From a virus (Duplodnaviria; Heunggongvirae; Uroviricota; Caudoviricetes): a DNA stretch of 64,000 bases. The DNA is taken from the IMG/VR virus record IMGVR_UViG_3300032050_000059; one strand, given 5' to 3'. Under the pieces are notes generated by a model, which saw only the letters and a list, made by a program, of their open reading frames with translations, did no database searches and was not told the origin of the DNA. This document shows, piece after piece, positions 27,898-37,466 of the stretch. The translations under genes were made by a program, and so were the position numbers. The number at the start of each line of letters is the position of its first letter. The stretch's first letter is position 1.

Positions 27898-28019
27898 AGT
27901 AAATTAGATTAATGCTATATTATCTACGAAAAACCCTCATATAGCAACATAACTCTTTGCTATTCAATTATATCTATCTATTTTTACAGGCGTATAAACC
28001 AAATTAAAATAAACTACAT

Positions 28020-29306
28020 ATGGCTGAGAACCTTGATAGTCCGTCATTCGGCAACTTTAGTATTGAAAATACTATGGAAATGGGACCTGGGGGAGCAGAA
28101 TTGTTAAACGATCTGTTGTCTCCTGAGACTTCTACAAGCAACCCTGATGGTATTCAGGAGATTGTAAAGAATGTAGAAGATCCTGCCCCTGCTCCAAAAC
28201 CTGATGTTCCTAAGGGAAAAGAAATTGTCCCTAAAGAAGATGGTAAAGAACCTACAGGTCAAGACCTCATCTCAAGCTTCCTTGGTGATAACACTGATGA
28301 AGAAGAGGCTGAGGATACACAACCCACTGACAATCAACCAGTTAAAAAGAAAGCACCTGAAGCAAAACCTGCTGAAGCTGCTCCTGCTGATGAAGAAGAG
28401 AGCGAAGAGGGTGATGAGCAAGTGAGTCAATTTACAGCTCTTTCCCGTGATCTCTTTAAACTTGGTGTCTTTTCAAAAGATGAAGAAGAGGAAGATGTAA
28501 ACATCTCCACTCCTGAAGAATTCCTTGAGCGCTTCCAAAATGAGAAGAAGAAAGGAGCTGTTGAAATGGTACAAAACTTCATTGGTCAGTTTGGTGAAGA
28601 CTATCAACAAGCATTCGACGCTATATTCGTAAAAGGTGTTAGTCCTAAAGAATACTTTGGTACCTACAATAATGTAGTGAGCTTTTCTGAAATGGATCTG
28701 TCACAAGAGAACAATCAAGTGGCAGTGATAAAGCAAGCATTAGCTGACCAAGGTTTTGAGCCTGAGGACATTAACACAGAAGTTGAAAGACTTAAAAACT
28801 ATGGTGATCTTGAGAGCGTAGCTACAAAGCACCATAAAGTGTTGGTTAAAAAGGAAGCCGCAAAGCTCTCACAAATGGAGCAAAAGGCTGAACAAGAACT
28901 CCAACAAAAACAGGCAATTAAAAACCAATACATCCAAAACGTTCAACAAGTTTTACAAGATAAGTTGAAATCTAAGGAGTTTGATGGAATCCCCATCAAT
29001 CCCAAGTTGGCTAACGAACTACAAGACTTCCTACTGGTAGATAAGTACAAAACTCAGTCTGGTGAAACCCTGACTGATTTTGACAAGACCATCTTGGAAT
29101 TGAAGAGACCTGAGAACCATGCAACAAAAGTGAAGGTTGCTCTCTTGCTCAAAATCCTAGAAAAAGATCCCACCCTATCTACCATCCAAAAAACAGGCGT
29201 TTCAAAGAAATCAAACGAACTGTTTGGGGAAGTGGCTAGACAAGTGACTCGCACTAAGACAGCAAGTAGCTCTCAGCCTTCTAAACAAAATTCATGGTTC
29301 ATTTAA
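28020..29306 (+). CDS. acidic coiled-coil protein, candidate scaffolding protein
   Basis: 428 aa, very E/D/K-rich, with the low-complexity tract PEAKPAEAAPADEEESEEGDE. Sits between the portal and the major capsid gene. Confidence 0.45.
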   Translation: MAENLDSPSFGNFSIENTMEMGPGGAELLNDLLSPETSTSNPDGIQEIVKNVEDPAPAPKPDVPKGKEIVPKEDGKEPTGQDLISSFLGDNTDEEEAEDTQPTDNQPVKKKAPEAKPAEAAPADEEESEEGDEQVSQFTALSRDLFKLGVFSKDEEEEDVNISTPEEFLERFQNEKKKGAVEMVQNFIGQFGEDYQQAFDAIFVKGVSPKEYFGTYNNVVSFSEMDLSQENNQVAVIKQALADQGFEPEDINTEVERLKNYGDLESVATKHHKVLVKKEAAKLSQMEQKAEQELQQKQAIKNQYIQNVQQVLQDKLKSKEFDGIPINPKLANELQDFLLVDKYKTQSGETLTDFDKTILELKRPENHATKVKVALLLKILEKDPTLSTIQKTGVSKKSNELFGEVARQVTRTKTASSSQPSKQNSWFI

Positions 29307-29333
29307 ATTTTCATTAAATAAAAGGATAACAAA

Positions 29334-30887
29334 ATGGCAATTCAAACAATCCCAGGTCTAACTGGCTTCACGTATGCTCGTGTCGCATCTATGGACAAGC
29401 GTGCTGTGGGTAAGCTAACTGACGCTAACCACCTGGAGAGCTTTCACTCAACTGAGCCTGCTGATTACGATAAGAAAATCATCAGCCTCTACACACAGAG
29501 CTCTCTTTACAGCAATGACTTCCTAGACATGATCAACAAAAGCACGCCTTATTACATTGATAATAATAGCGATGCTTGGAAATGGCAAGTAGCTGTTCCC
29601 TACAAATTCCCTAAGATTATCGACATCCCTGCTTCAACTCTTGAGTTGAGCAAGCCTGGTATCGATGGTCAAGAGTTCCAATTGGTAATTGACACAAACG
29701 AGTTCTCTAAGAACGCAATCGTTTCTGTTGGTTCTCGCCAATATGGTCCTCGCTTTTACGTTATTAAGGATCCAGTTCCTTGGAACATGGGCTTCCTTTA
29801 TAGCTTCACTTTGGTTACAGACAATCCAACTGTAGACTTCGTTAGCCCTACCTTCTTGCAAGTGGGTATCGAACTTGAGTTGGTTGATGCTGCAATTGGT
29901 GAGTTCGATCAAGATTTGTTAGGTCTTCCTCGTTTGGGTGAGCAAATCACAATGTTTGAATCTTTGGGTTCTGCATATGGTTTTGAGCACAAAATCACTG
30001 AGTGGGCTGATGACAAAATGATGCGTGACTCTGCAGGACGTCCTTTGGATATCCTTGTTTATGCACCTCAGCGTCGTAACCAACTTCCTTTGACTCGTAA
30101 CGATGTTAAATGGGAGCCATTCATTGAGTTCTGGATGCGTAAGTCTATGCTTGAGTTGAAAGTTAAGCGTATGATTTGGTCTCGTCCTGGTACTGTTAAG
30201 ACTAACGGTAGCAAGCAAGAACTTAAGCGTACATCTGCTGGTGTTTATCACAGAATGCGTAATAACGGTAACTTGGTTCAGTACAACCGTGGAGAATTCA
30301 CTGCAAACTTGATTCGTTCAGTGTTTGGTGATTTGTTCTATCGTCGTGTGGATGTTAAGGACCGTCGTGTTAAAATGTATACTAATGAAGCAGGTTTTGA
30401 CGTGTTCCAACAAGCTTTGAAGACAGACGCTTTGAACAGTGGTTTGACATTCATGGCTGATAGCGGAAACCGTTACATGCAAGGAGAAGGTCAACACATC
30501 ACTTACAACTTTGCATTCGATGCAATGGTTACTCGTGAGACTGGTCGTGTTGAATTGATTCACTTGAAAGAACTTGACCTGCCTCAATCTAACCTTGAAT
30601 TTGGTCAGAACAAGAAGTCAACTCCTGTATTCATGGTGTTCGACGTATCTCCAATGTCTGATGGTTCTTTGGTTAATAACATCCGTGAAGTTCGTATGAA
30701 GGGTGCACCTTCTATGACTTGGGGTTATATCGATGGAACTCGCCACCACTTGGGCTTTGCTAAGTCTCAGGGTATGAGCTCTGCGAACAAATTCCCAGGA
30801 TATGAAATCTGGATGAAGGATCGTTGTGATGTATTCATTGAAGACTTGTCTCGTACAGTCTTGATTGAGGAAATCCCACAATTCTAA
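29334..30887 (+). CDS. major capsid protein
   Basis: 517 aa. Gene order fits. Extreme translation-optimised codon usage (Arg almost exclusively CGT; GGT/GCT/GTT/AAC/GAC preferred), unlike neighbouring genes. Followed by a multi-hairpin element. Confidence 0.6.
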   Translation: MAIQTIPGLTGFTYARVASMDKRAVGKLTDANHLESFHSTEPADYDKKIISLYTQSSLYSNDFLDMINKSTPYYIDNNSDAWKWQVAVPYKFPKIIDIPASTLELSKPGIDGQEFQLVIDTNEFSKNAIVSVGSRQYGPRFYVIKDPVPWNMGFLYSFTLVTDNPTVDFVSPTFLQVGIELELVDAAIGEFDQDLLGLPRLGEQITMFESLGSAYGFEHKITEWADDKMMRDSAGRPLDILVYAPQRRNQLPLTRNDVKWEPFIEFWMRKSMLELKVKRMIWSRPGTVKTNGSKQELKRTSAGVYHRMRNNGNLVQYNRGEFTANLIRSVFGDLFYRRVDVKDRRVKMYTNEAGFDVFQQALKTDALNSGLTFMADSGNRYMQGEGQHITYNFAFDAMVTRETGRVELIHLKELDLPQSNLEFGQNKKSTPVFMVFDVSPMSDGSLVNNIREVRMKGAPSMTWGYIDGTRHHLGFAKSQGMSSANKFPGYEIWMKDRCDVFIEDLSRTVLIEEIPQF

Positions 30888-31065
30888 GGCCCCCCTGTAA
30901 TCTCAGAATTACAGGTCTGCTTCCTCTGGAAGCGTACATATACCGAGAAGAGAATGCCCCCCACACTCCCATGTGGGGGAGCTCTTCTCAAATTACAGAG
31001 TGTTTGGATTGGGGAGTCTCCCAGTCGCTGGCCCTTCGGTGGGAACCACTCTGCAAATAAAACCA
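30888..31065 (+). ncRNA. GC-rich multi-hairpin RNA element downstream of the capsid gene (terminator/attenuator cluster or structured RNA)
   Basis: Hairpins: CCTGTAAT-CTCAGA-ATTACAGG (30894-30915). GCTTCC-TCT-GGAAGC (30919-30933). GAGAAGAG..CCCCCACA-CTCCCA-TGTGGGGG..CTCTTCTC (30945-30989). CAGAGTG...CACTCTG (30996-31053), enclosing a CCC-TTCGGT-GGG hairpin. Confidence 0.45.
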
Positions 31066-31081
31066 AATAAATAAACTACAT

Positions 31082-32050
31082 ATGGGTAAGTTAGGTAAAA
31101 TCTCAACAATTAAGAAGGAGTATAATAACTCACAACTTCAGACAATGCAAGGTGGTCTTGCACTTAAAGGCTTAACACGTATTCCTGGAACAGGGGTGTT
31201 TAAATATCCCTACAAGGAGCTGGATGGTCAATACAGAACAGGACTTGATCCTAATGCTGCATACATCCGTAGAATCTCTGATCCTCTAGAAAGAGAGATG
31301 GAGATTGAACGTGTTACAAAACTTAAAGACAAGTTACAAGCTGCACTTGGTGATATTGACTTAGGTCCTCGTTCTAGTTTCTGGAACTATGGATTGTCTA
31401 CATCTACACAAGATAGTTTGCATGTTCAGCCTGTGAAATTGCTGGATGGTGATAACTTCTTCGATCTTGCTATTCCTCTTCAGGAATTAGCTTTCTCTTG
31501 GTTACGTGTTCATCCAACAATTGCAAGCTCATATCAAGCTTGGGAACGTGGTGAATATGCTGCTGAAACTCAGTTCTATGTAGCTGATGATGAAATCGAG
31601 AATGCTGTACTCTTCAAGAAGAAGCAACTTATCAATAAAGCTATTGTTAAGTTTGACAGTATGACTCCTGAGAAGAAGAGAAAAGTGGCACGTTTGTTGG
31701 GACTACCTGTAACTGATGATACTAAAGAGGAAGCAGTTTACAACCTTGTAGACAACGTCCTTAAACAAACCGAGTTTAAAAACGGTAAGTATCAAGGTCT
31801 GAATCCTGTTGAAGTGTTCACACGCTTTGCAGACATGAAAGACAACTTACTCCATATTAAAGACTTAGTGAAACAAGCAATTGCTCACTCTGTTTATAGA
31901 GCTAAGCCAAATGGTAAAATCTATGAAGGTGAGTTTGAAATAGCTAAGGACGAAGATGATTTAATTAAACAACTTGCAGATGATGACAACCAAGACTTGC
32001 TCTTGACCCTCGAAGGTAAGTTGAAAACTAAGAAATTAGCTGCAGTATGA
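31082..32050 (+). CDS. hypothetical virion protein (322 aa)
   Basis: ORF in the head/tail module. Confidence 0.45.
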   Translation: MGKLGKISTIKKEYNNSQLQTMQGGLALKGLTRIPGTGVFKYPYKELDGQYRTGLDPNAAYIRRISDPLEREMEIERVTKLKDKLQAALGDIDLGPRSSFWNYGLSTSTQDSLHVQPVKLLDGDNFFDLAIPLQELAFSWLRVHPTIASSYQAWERGEYAAETQFYVADDEIENAVLFKKKQLINKAIVKFDSMTPEKKRKVARLLGLPVTDDTKEEAVYNLVDNVLKQTEFKNGKYQGLNPVEVFTRFADMKDNLLHIKDLVKQAIAHSVYRAKPNGKIYEGEFEIAKDEDDLIKQLADDDNQDLLLTLEGKLKTKKLAAV

Positions 32051-32778
32051 TACCAGTAGACAGTTTGTTGTACAAGATAGACCAAAAACTAAATAAACTG
32101 TCAACCAACATTCACCAGCAAATAAACTTAGAAGATAAGATATTGGCTTTGAATGAAGCCCAAATAAAGCTGATAAAACAAAAGGTTGATGGTTTTAGTG
32201 TAATAAGTGGAATGGGACTCGACGCTTTCAAGAAGCGTTATGAGGACCTCCAAAGCTTGGTCATAACCTACAACCACCAGCCCCTTAAGTTGAAGCTTAA
32301 GAACAAAGAACTAAATCAATGGTTTGCCAATATACACCTACTTGATCCCAAGTATATGTTCTACATAGATGCATATGTAATTGCGGACAAAGGAGTGTGT
32401 AAGGACAGAAAGATCTGGATTAACAGAGACTTGGCTAAACATGGTGACCTTCAGTTCATTCTGAATAACGACCATTACAAACCAAGCTTTGAATACCAAG
32501 AGACTTTCAACTTCCTTTCGACAGATGAAATAAGCATCTTTACTGATGGCACGTTCACACCAAAGCATATCTACATGTCATACATGAGATATCCTGTTTA
32601 CATAGACAAAACTGGTTATGTAAGATTTGATGGAACTGACTCAACAGATCAAGACTGCGAACTTGAACTCTATCTAGAGGATGAATTGGTAGACTTAACC
32701 GTACAAAACCTGGCTATGTACACAGAGAACGCTGCTGCTGTTCAGAGTGCACAGTTCAGGATACAGACAAACGAATAA
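32047..32778 (+). CDS. hypothetical virion protein (243 aa)
   Basis: ORF overlapping the neighbour by 4 nt. Confidence 0.45.
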   Translation: MIPVDSLLYKIDQKLNKLSTNIHQQINLEDKILALNEAQIKLIKQKVDGFSVISGMGLDAFKKRYEDLQSLVITYNHQPLKLKLKNKELNQWFANIHLLDPKYMFYIDAYVIADKGVCKDRKIWINRDLAKHGDLQFILNNDHYKPSFEYQETFNFLSTDEISIFTDGTFTPKHIYMSYMRYPVYIDKTGYVRFDGTDSTDQDCELELYLEDELVDLTVQNLAMYTENAAAVQSAQFRIQTNE

Positions 32779-32806
32779 ATTTTTTAATCACCTAAAATAA
32801 AGCAAA

Positions 32807-33979
32807 ATGGCTGATTTTTCATTAACTACGCTCTTCGTAGTACCAGTAGGGCAAACTGCGCTCCCTAGCTCTGGATCTACGCAAGACTTAACAGCAGGTC
32901 AGGTAGGTATCTACAAAGCTGACTACACTGTTGCCAACGCTGGTAACATTGCTGCTGCTCCTTACTTTTATATTGCGCAGGGCCGTACTAACACTTATCT
33001 GCAAGGCTCTAAGCGTTCTGATAAGATTAAAGGATGTCCTTCAGGTGCTGGTTGCAATAGCAACGTAACTGAATGGTATAAAGTGAACGGTTGTCCTACA
33101 CCATTGACTCAGATCACTGATGTAGTTAACTGGAACGTACAGTGTGGTGACATTGTTACCTTGACACTTCGTGCTCACTCTAGCTATTTGGATACTTTGT
33201 ATTTCAACGGTTTCACTCGTTCAGTGACTGTAAATGCTCCTTGTTGCAACTGTGGTGATAACCCATGTGACACTGTAGACATTCCTGCATTCATTGATGA
33301 TGTTATCTACCATTTGAATTTGCAAGCTCCAGGTAACAACCCTGATAACATCACTTTCTCTGACTTCTATCAGTTCCAGAGAATTGGTAATGACCAAAAC
33401 GCTTTCTTGCGTATCACTGGTAAGCCTCTTACCAAATATGGTCAGCCTTGTGATGTTGCAGCGTTTCCTTTCGAGTATGACAGAATGTGGTTCCGTACAT
33501 TCGTATTCAGTGGACCTGCTACAACTGCTGACTTCATTGTAGCTGATCCTTGTAACGTTGTTGCTGATCCTGTAATTGTACAGCGTTCTTCTTACGCTAC
33601 TGGTACTTCTGCAGAGATTGCACAATTGGAGAAAAACTTCTACAGCTACCAAGCTGGTTACTTGAAGCATCTCTACAGAATGAATGGTTACAATGAGAAC
33701 TTTGAAAGCTGGGTGAGTGATGGTACAACTTATACCACCTACTACATCAAGTTTAATGAGTATAACAAGTCTGAATACAGCTGGGGTGACTATATCAAAG
33801 AAGACAGCACTGTAATTATTGCTGTTGAAAAAGATAGTCTTGCTGAAGCTGCTATTGAGGCTGTTCTTGTAGCTGGTCTTGGTGCAGTGGCTGATGAGAA
33901 TGGAGTTTGTGTAACAACTACTTCTACCACAACCACAGTATGGCCTTCTACTTCTACTACTACAACCTTGATTCCGTAA
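32807..33979 (+). CDS. abundant virion protein candidate (390 aa), Cys-rich with a C-terminal poly-Thr tail
   Basis: Same extreme CGT/GGT/GCT codon bias as the capsid gene. C-terminus TTTSTTTTVWPSTSTTTTLIP. Confidence 0.5.
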   Translation: MADFSLTTLFVVPVGQTALPSSGSTQDLTAGQVGIYKADYTVANAGNIAAAPYFYIAQGRTNTYLQGSKRSDKIKGCPSGAGCNSNVTEWYKVNGCPTPLTQITDVVNWNVQCGDIVTLTLRAHSSYLDTLYFNGFTRSVTVNAPCCNCGDNPCDTVDIPAFIDDVIYHLNLQAPGNNPDNITFSDFYQFQRIGNDQNAFLRITGKPLTKYGQPCDVAAFPFEYDRMWFRTFVFSGPATTADFIVADPCNVVADPVIVQRSSYATGTSAEIAQLEKNFYSYQAGYLKHLYRMNGYNENFESWVSDGTTYTTYYIKFNEYNKSEYSWGDYIKEDSTVIIAVEKDSLAEAAIEAVLVAGLGAVADENGVCVTTTSTTTTVWPSTSTTTTLIP

Positions 33980-34068
33980 TAGTAGGATAGTAACCTAGAT
34001 TATATTAACCTAAGCCAGAGGTGAGAGGATACAAACTCAGATCCTCTGGCTTATTTATTTAGAACAAC

Positions 34069-34632
34069 ATGCCAGATTTAAAATTAGATATATTAGTAAT
34101 CCCTACATATAATGTAACCACATTGGGGGTTGCTGATGCTTCTACCTACCCAACTAATCCACCTGTTGTTTCTGGTGCTACAATTGAGATTACTGTTCCT
34201 GGATTTGGTACATTCTTTAAACCGTTCAGTGTTAACGACTTTAATATATTCACTACATCAAACTTGGGTATAACACCTCCAGGGATAGATCAACCTCTTC
34301 CTGATGGTGTGTATCGTTTGAAATATTCTGTTGCTCCTGCGTATAAAAACTTTGTAGAAAAGTCAATTATGCGCATTGAACAGCTACAAGAAAAGTTTGA
34401 TGGTGCGTTTATGAAGTTGGATATGATGGAATGTGATAGAGCTATAAAAACACAAGCGTTTGTAGACCTGAACACCATAAACTTCTTCATCCAGGGAGCT
34501 CTAGCTGCTGCAAATAACTGTGCTGATGTTGAAGCAACAAAGATGTACAATCAGGCAGATATGATGCTGAATAACTTTATTAAAAACAATTGTGGCTGTT
34601 CTGGAAACAACTACGTCATAAACTTCTACTAA
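34069..34632 (+). CDS. hypothetical virion protein (187 aa)
   Basis: ORF. Confidence 0.4.
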   Translation: MPDLKLDILVIPTYNVTTLGVADASTYPTNPPVVSGATIEITVPGFGTFFKPFSVNDFNIFTTSNLGITPPGIDQPLPDGVYRLKYSVAPAYKNFVEKSIMRIEQLQEKFDGAFMKLDMMECDRAIKTQAFVDLNTINFFIQGALAAANNCADVEATKMYNQADMMLNNFIKNNCGCSGNNYVINFY

Positions 34633-34633
34633 T

Positions 34634-34786
34634 ATGGCAGTATGTAAAAAATGTGGAGCTAAGGTTGGATGTGGATGTCAATTGATTAACGGTCTTTGTG
34701 CAGCATGTAACAGTGCTGTAAAACAAGGAAGAAAACTTATAGGAAATGTTATCACCCAGGCTTACAAGTTGTCCAGAATGCGCTAG
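34634..34786 (+). CDS. small Cys-rich protein (50 aa)
   Basis: Manual translation gives MAVCKKCGAKVGCGCQLINGLCAACNSAVKQGRKLIGNVITQAYKLSRMR. Below the ORF-track cutoff. An alternative 88-aa ORF lies at 34746..35012 in another frame. Confidence 0.3.
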   Translation: MAVCKKCGAKVGCGCQLINGLCAACNSAVKQGRKLIGNVITQAYKLSRMR

Positions 34787-35012
34787 TATTCCTGCACTCA
34801 TTGCTACAATAGATTGCAAGCTAGCTGAACTAGGAAACAACTTATACAATAATGTTGTATTTATGTTGAACCAGCCTGTACCTGGAGGTGTGATGCTGGC
34901 CCTCATAAACTACAGAAGAATACTTGCTTACAAGTATTGTAACCCCGATTATGCTGCTCCATATACAGTGAATATGATAGCTAGCAGAGTTAAACTTTTA
35001 AAATATAAATAA

Positions 35013-36140
35013 ATGTCTAACAATTGTTCAAATTGCTATAATGGTTGTGCAGAAACCATATCTGATCAATGTGTAAGATATACGGGTGTTGATGTTCCCG
35101 TTTTGGGAATTCAAACAGGAGATTCTCTCTCGTATGTTGAACAAGCTTTGATTACGTTCCTAGTTTCTACACTAGATGGTACAGGAATAAAGCTTGTTAT
35201 TGATCCTCAAATCATCTGTGAGATTGTAAACAAAAACCTTATAGAATGTGAAGATCTCACTCTTCCAAATGTAATACAAGCACTAATCAAAGCTATCTGT
35301 GAGTTAGACGAAAGACTTACTTCTCTTGAACTTGATTTTGCTGCTTTAGAGGGACCATATGATGTAGATTGTCTTGAAGGTGTGAACAGTGGTTCTGGAA
35401 CCCATGACATTCTTCAGGCAGCAATCTATAAAATATGTGGACTGGAAATTGACCTTACAGCTCTTGCTATTGATGTAGATACAAACTACGTTAAGTTGTC
35501 TGAGCTTAATGCCTTGATTGCAGCCTATCTTGCTAGCGTAGGAACAAGCACCAAGTTCTACAATCGTATGGTTCCATACACTGTTGTAGAATTTTATGGT
35601 GATCCTGCTGGTAAGTTTGATGTAACAGGTGCTGGTACTGGTGACTGGGAAAAAATCTATTTGTGTAATGGTAACAATGGCACTCCTGATAAAAGAGGAC
35701 GTGTACCAGTTGGTGCTACAACAGGAATGGGTGGTGGAGCTTTGAATCCTGCAGTTGATCCTGCTGTTTCTGGCAACCCTGCTTACACTCTGTTAGGAAC
35801 CGCTGGTTCTAACACAGTGACTCTTTCAGCTACACAGATTCCTGCTCACTCTCACAGTGCTACAAATACTGTCACTGTTACCAACCACACTCACAATACT
35901 GTCTTAGTTGGAACTCAGGTGGGACTTACATCTACCACTCCTATTGCACAAACTGCTACATATGGAGGCAATACAAGTTATAGCTTGTCAGGTGCTGTAG
36001 GTACACCAAATATAGGCGTTACTAGTGAGAACAAAAGTGATGTAACAGTGGATACTGTGATTGGATCTACAGGAGGCGGATTAGCCCATACAAACTACCA
36101 GCCTGGTCTGGGATGTTATTACATTATGTACATTCCTTAA
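35013..36140 (+). CDS. tail fibre protein with a phage tail-collar domain
   Basis: GDWEKIYLCNGNNGTPDKRGRVPVGAT...TLSATQIPAHSHSATNTVTVTNHTH matches the Collar domain signature (LCdG..tPDlRGr...G....lt..qlP.H.H) of T4 gp12-like fibres. Confidence 0.65.
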   Translation: MSNNCSNCYNGCAETISDQCVRYTGVDVPVLGIQTGDSLSYVEQALITFLVSTLDGTGIKLVIDPQIICEIVNKNLIECEDLTLPNVIQALIKAICELDERLTSLELDFAALEGPYDVDCLEGVNSGSGTHDILQAAIYKICGLEIDLTALAIDVDTNYVKLSELNALIAAYLASVGTSTKFYNRMVPYTVVEFYGDPAGKFDVTGAGTGDWEKIYLCNGNNGTPDKRGRVPVGATTGMGGGALNPAVDPAVSGNPAYTLLGTAGSNTVTLSATQIPAHSHSATNTVTVTNHTHNTVLVGTQVGLTSTTPIAQTATYGGNTSYSLSGAVGTPNIGVTSENKSDVTVDTVIGSTGGGLAHTNYQPGLGCYYIMYIP

Positions 36141-36154
36141 ACTTCTTACGTAAA

Positions 36155-36439
36155 ATGATATTCCTTCCAGAAAATCCTTGCTGTAATCCTATACCAGTAA
36201 CAAACACTATTCCTTGCCCTGGATCAAATCCTTGTGCATCAAATATAGTGTCCTCTGATTATGTTGGGTATAGTGGTCCTAATCTTCCCTGTACAACTAT
36301 CCAAACCTGCAACACACTCACAGTGTCTTTGCAGAAGTTGGATGAACAAATCTGCATTCTTAAAAGCACTGTATATTCTTTACAGCAGCAGATTAATGCA
36401 ATTAATGCCACTACCACTACAACAACTACACTTATTTAA
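36155..36439 (+). CDS. fibre-associated Cys/Pro-rich protein with a C-terminal poly-Thr (about 94 aa)
   Basis: Trimmed from ORF 36113..36439 to the MIFLPENPCCNP start. Ends NATTTTTTTLI. Confidence 0.35.
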   Translation: MIFLPENPCCNPIPVTNTIPCPGSNPCASNIVSSDYVGYSGPNLPCTTIQTCNTLTVSLQKLDEQICILKSTVYSLQQQINAINATTTTTTTLI

Positions 36440-36450
36440 ATCAATAACCC

Positions 36451-37287
36451 ATGACGGTATTAATAACATTAACAATAGCTGGAACTGATACAGGACCATT
36501 TGATCTCTACTCAGATGTAGATGGTTATGTATCAGCGTTTGAGACAGGAGTGAGTAAAGCAGCCTTAGAAGCTGGCTATTCCTCAGCTCTTGTTCCAAAT
36601 GGCACAACAGTGATCAGAGTGAAGTCTACAGGAATTTGTACAAATTATGTAGACATTACAGTGACCACAACCACTACAACCACAACCAGCAGTACCACAA
36701 CTACAACCACCACTACAGCTTTTGTATGTGCTGATTGTAAAACTTGGAACTATGTATCTGGAAACATTCCATTAGGAGGAGACATCATTCACTACTACAG
36801 CTGCTATGATGGCACCCCTCAAACCAGAGTGTTGAGCTTTGGTGATCCTGATGGAGACTTCTGTAACTGTAATAGCGTAGATGCTCCATACACAGAGAAT
36901 GGCACTATAATTACAGAGGTGGGAGTGTGTACAACCACCACTACTACCACCCTATTTACAAACTTGGTATTTGACTTGACAACTGGTATAGGTGGGTATA
37001 CAATCGGTGGAATAGATGTAAACTTTGTAACACCAACCCTCACTGGAGGTACAGATGTTCCATTCAGCACAGATACACACTCATATAACACAAGTCAAAC
37101 AGGCCCAAGCGAAGAGTTGAATATATTTGTTTCATCGTTCACTCTGAACGGTTGTATCACTGTAACTGACAGCTCATCAACGAGTTATCAACAGAATGTA
37201 AGCTCGTCTGGGACATACACTTTCTCAGGACTAGTTATTGACAACATAACACCTGTCCTTGTAGTATGTGCAGATAACGTATGCTAA
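36451..37287 (+). CDS. tail fibre/receptor-binding-like protein with two poly-Thr linkers
   Basis: TVTTTTTTTTSSTTTTTTTTAFVCADC and CTTTTTTTLFTNL linkers separate Cys-containing modules. Last gene before a strong terminator. Confidence 0.45.
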   Translation: MTVLITLTIAGTDTGPFDLYSDVDGYVSAFETGVSKAALEAGYSSALVPNGTTVIRVKSTGICTNYVDITVTTTTTTTTSSTTTTTTTTAFVCADCKTWNYVSGNIPLGGDIIHYYSCYDGTPQTRVLSFGDPDGDFCNCNSVDAPYTENGTIITEVGVCTTTTTTTLFTNLVFDLTTGIGGYTIGGIDVNFVTPTLTGGTDVPFSTDTHSYNTSQTGPSEELNIFVSSFTLNGCITVTDSSSTSYQQNVSSSGTYTFSGLVIDNITPVLVVCADNVC

Positions 37288-37325
37288 CTGACTAAAAAAG
37301 CCTTGTTTGTTGGTTTTCAAGGCTT

Positions 37326-37361
37326 CTCCCTGGGGTTTCAACCCTGGGGAGTTTTTATTTT
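37326..37361 (+). terminator. rho-independent terminator ending the capsid/fibre transcription unit
   Basis: CTCCCTGGGG-TTTCAA-CCCTGGGGAG: a 10-bp stem with 2 G-U pairs, followed by TTTTTATTTT. It is preceded by a second hairpin AAGCCTTG-N12-CAAGGCTT (37298-37325). Confidence 0.6.
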
Positions 37362-37466
37362 ATAACAAAGTTAGTTAGTACCAATAATGAACTTCGTTAA
37401 AATAATTTGGAAAATATCAAAAAACTTTCGTACCTTTAGGCCAATTTTAATCAAACAAAACCGTAA

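Noticed and set aside
29334-30887. Group I intron or intein interrupting the capsid or terminase genes (common in crAss-like phages)
   Set aside because: Both ORFs are continuous at typical lengths (517 and 675 aa). The structured element lies after the capsid stop codon, not within the coding frame.
30884-31066. 60-aa minus-strand ORF in the post-capsid spacer
   Set aside because: It is exactly coincident with the GC-rich hairpin array. Stop codons are absent because of GC content, not coding.
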